Source: Octopus bimaculoides (taxonomy: Eukaryota). From it: DNA of 62,221 nt. Of the stretch, positions 61,941 to 62,221 are shown piece after piece (position 1 is the first letter of the stretch; each line of letters begins with the position of its first letter). Made by a program: the position numbers and the translations under genes. The notes below the pieces were generated by a model. That model had not been told where the DNA came from, did not search any database, and saw nothing but the letters and a program-made list of their open reading frames with translations. The stretch lies in assembly GCF_001194135.2 (NCBI RefSeq), contig NC_069003.1:29628045-29690265 (forward strand), given 5' to 3'.

Positions 61941-62221
61941 AATAAATTATAGGGTGGCAAAGAAAATTTTAGAAATTTTATTTACCACCAGTGGCCTAGC
62001 GAGAGTAAAAACAGTCAATAGACTATGTATTATTCATTAGAAATGCAGAGACGCCTATAATAGGACATCTACTCGCTAGAAATAGCAGCAAAAATACTAC
62101 ATACCACAAAAGTTAGGGATAATTTCGAAAGGAAATGAAAAATAAAAACTTTTACCAATCTATATTCTGTACCATGGTTTCAAGTCAATTTTAGTAAGAT
62201 AAAGATTATATCTTACAAGGT

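Overview
AT-rich, gap-riddled, microsatellite- and SINE-dense animal genomic DNA. The repeat families point to an octopus (coleoid cephalopod) draft assembly; this is an inference. Almost all long ORFs in the supplied track are artefacts of N-runs and microsatellites. The main host feature is a multi-exon + strand gene (ATG at 33461; 23 coding exons traced by hand to 61818; it continues past the window). It encodes a divergent paralog of puromycin-sensitive aminopeptidase (M1 family, NPEPPS-like). In the reconstructed protein every catalytic motif is replaced (GAMEN->EYSSQ, HExxH->SVMCQ, WLNEG->WLIDG, catalytic Tyr->Gln), although the exons stay open and keep canonical splice sites, so it is a candidate pseudo-peptidase. 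One exon junction (51688->52746) is out of phase and unresolved. Other notable items: two complete type I hammerhead ribozyme folds (24383-24448 on the - strand; 37021-37106 sense in intron 3), R4/Dong-like RLE retrotransposon remnants sitting in (TAA)n and in (TACA)n microsatellites, a decayed Chapaev3-like transposase with its right end, a HINE-like element, hAT MITEs, a 95-bp perfect inverted repeat, a pre-miRNA-like intronic hairpin, a 5S rRNA-derived relic, and four tRNA-headed SINE families. Family names and human NPEPPS comparisons come from recall and were not checked against a database.
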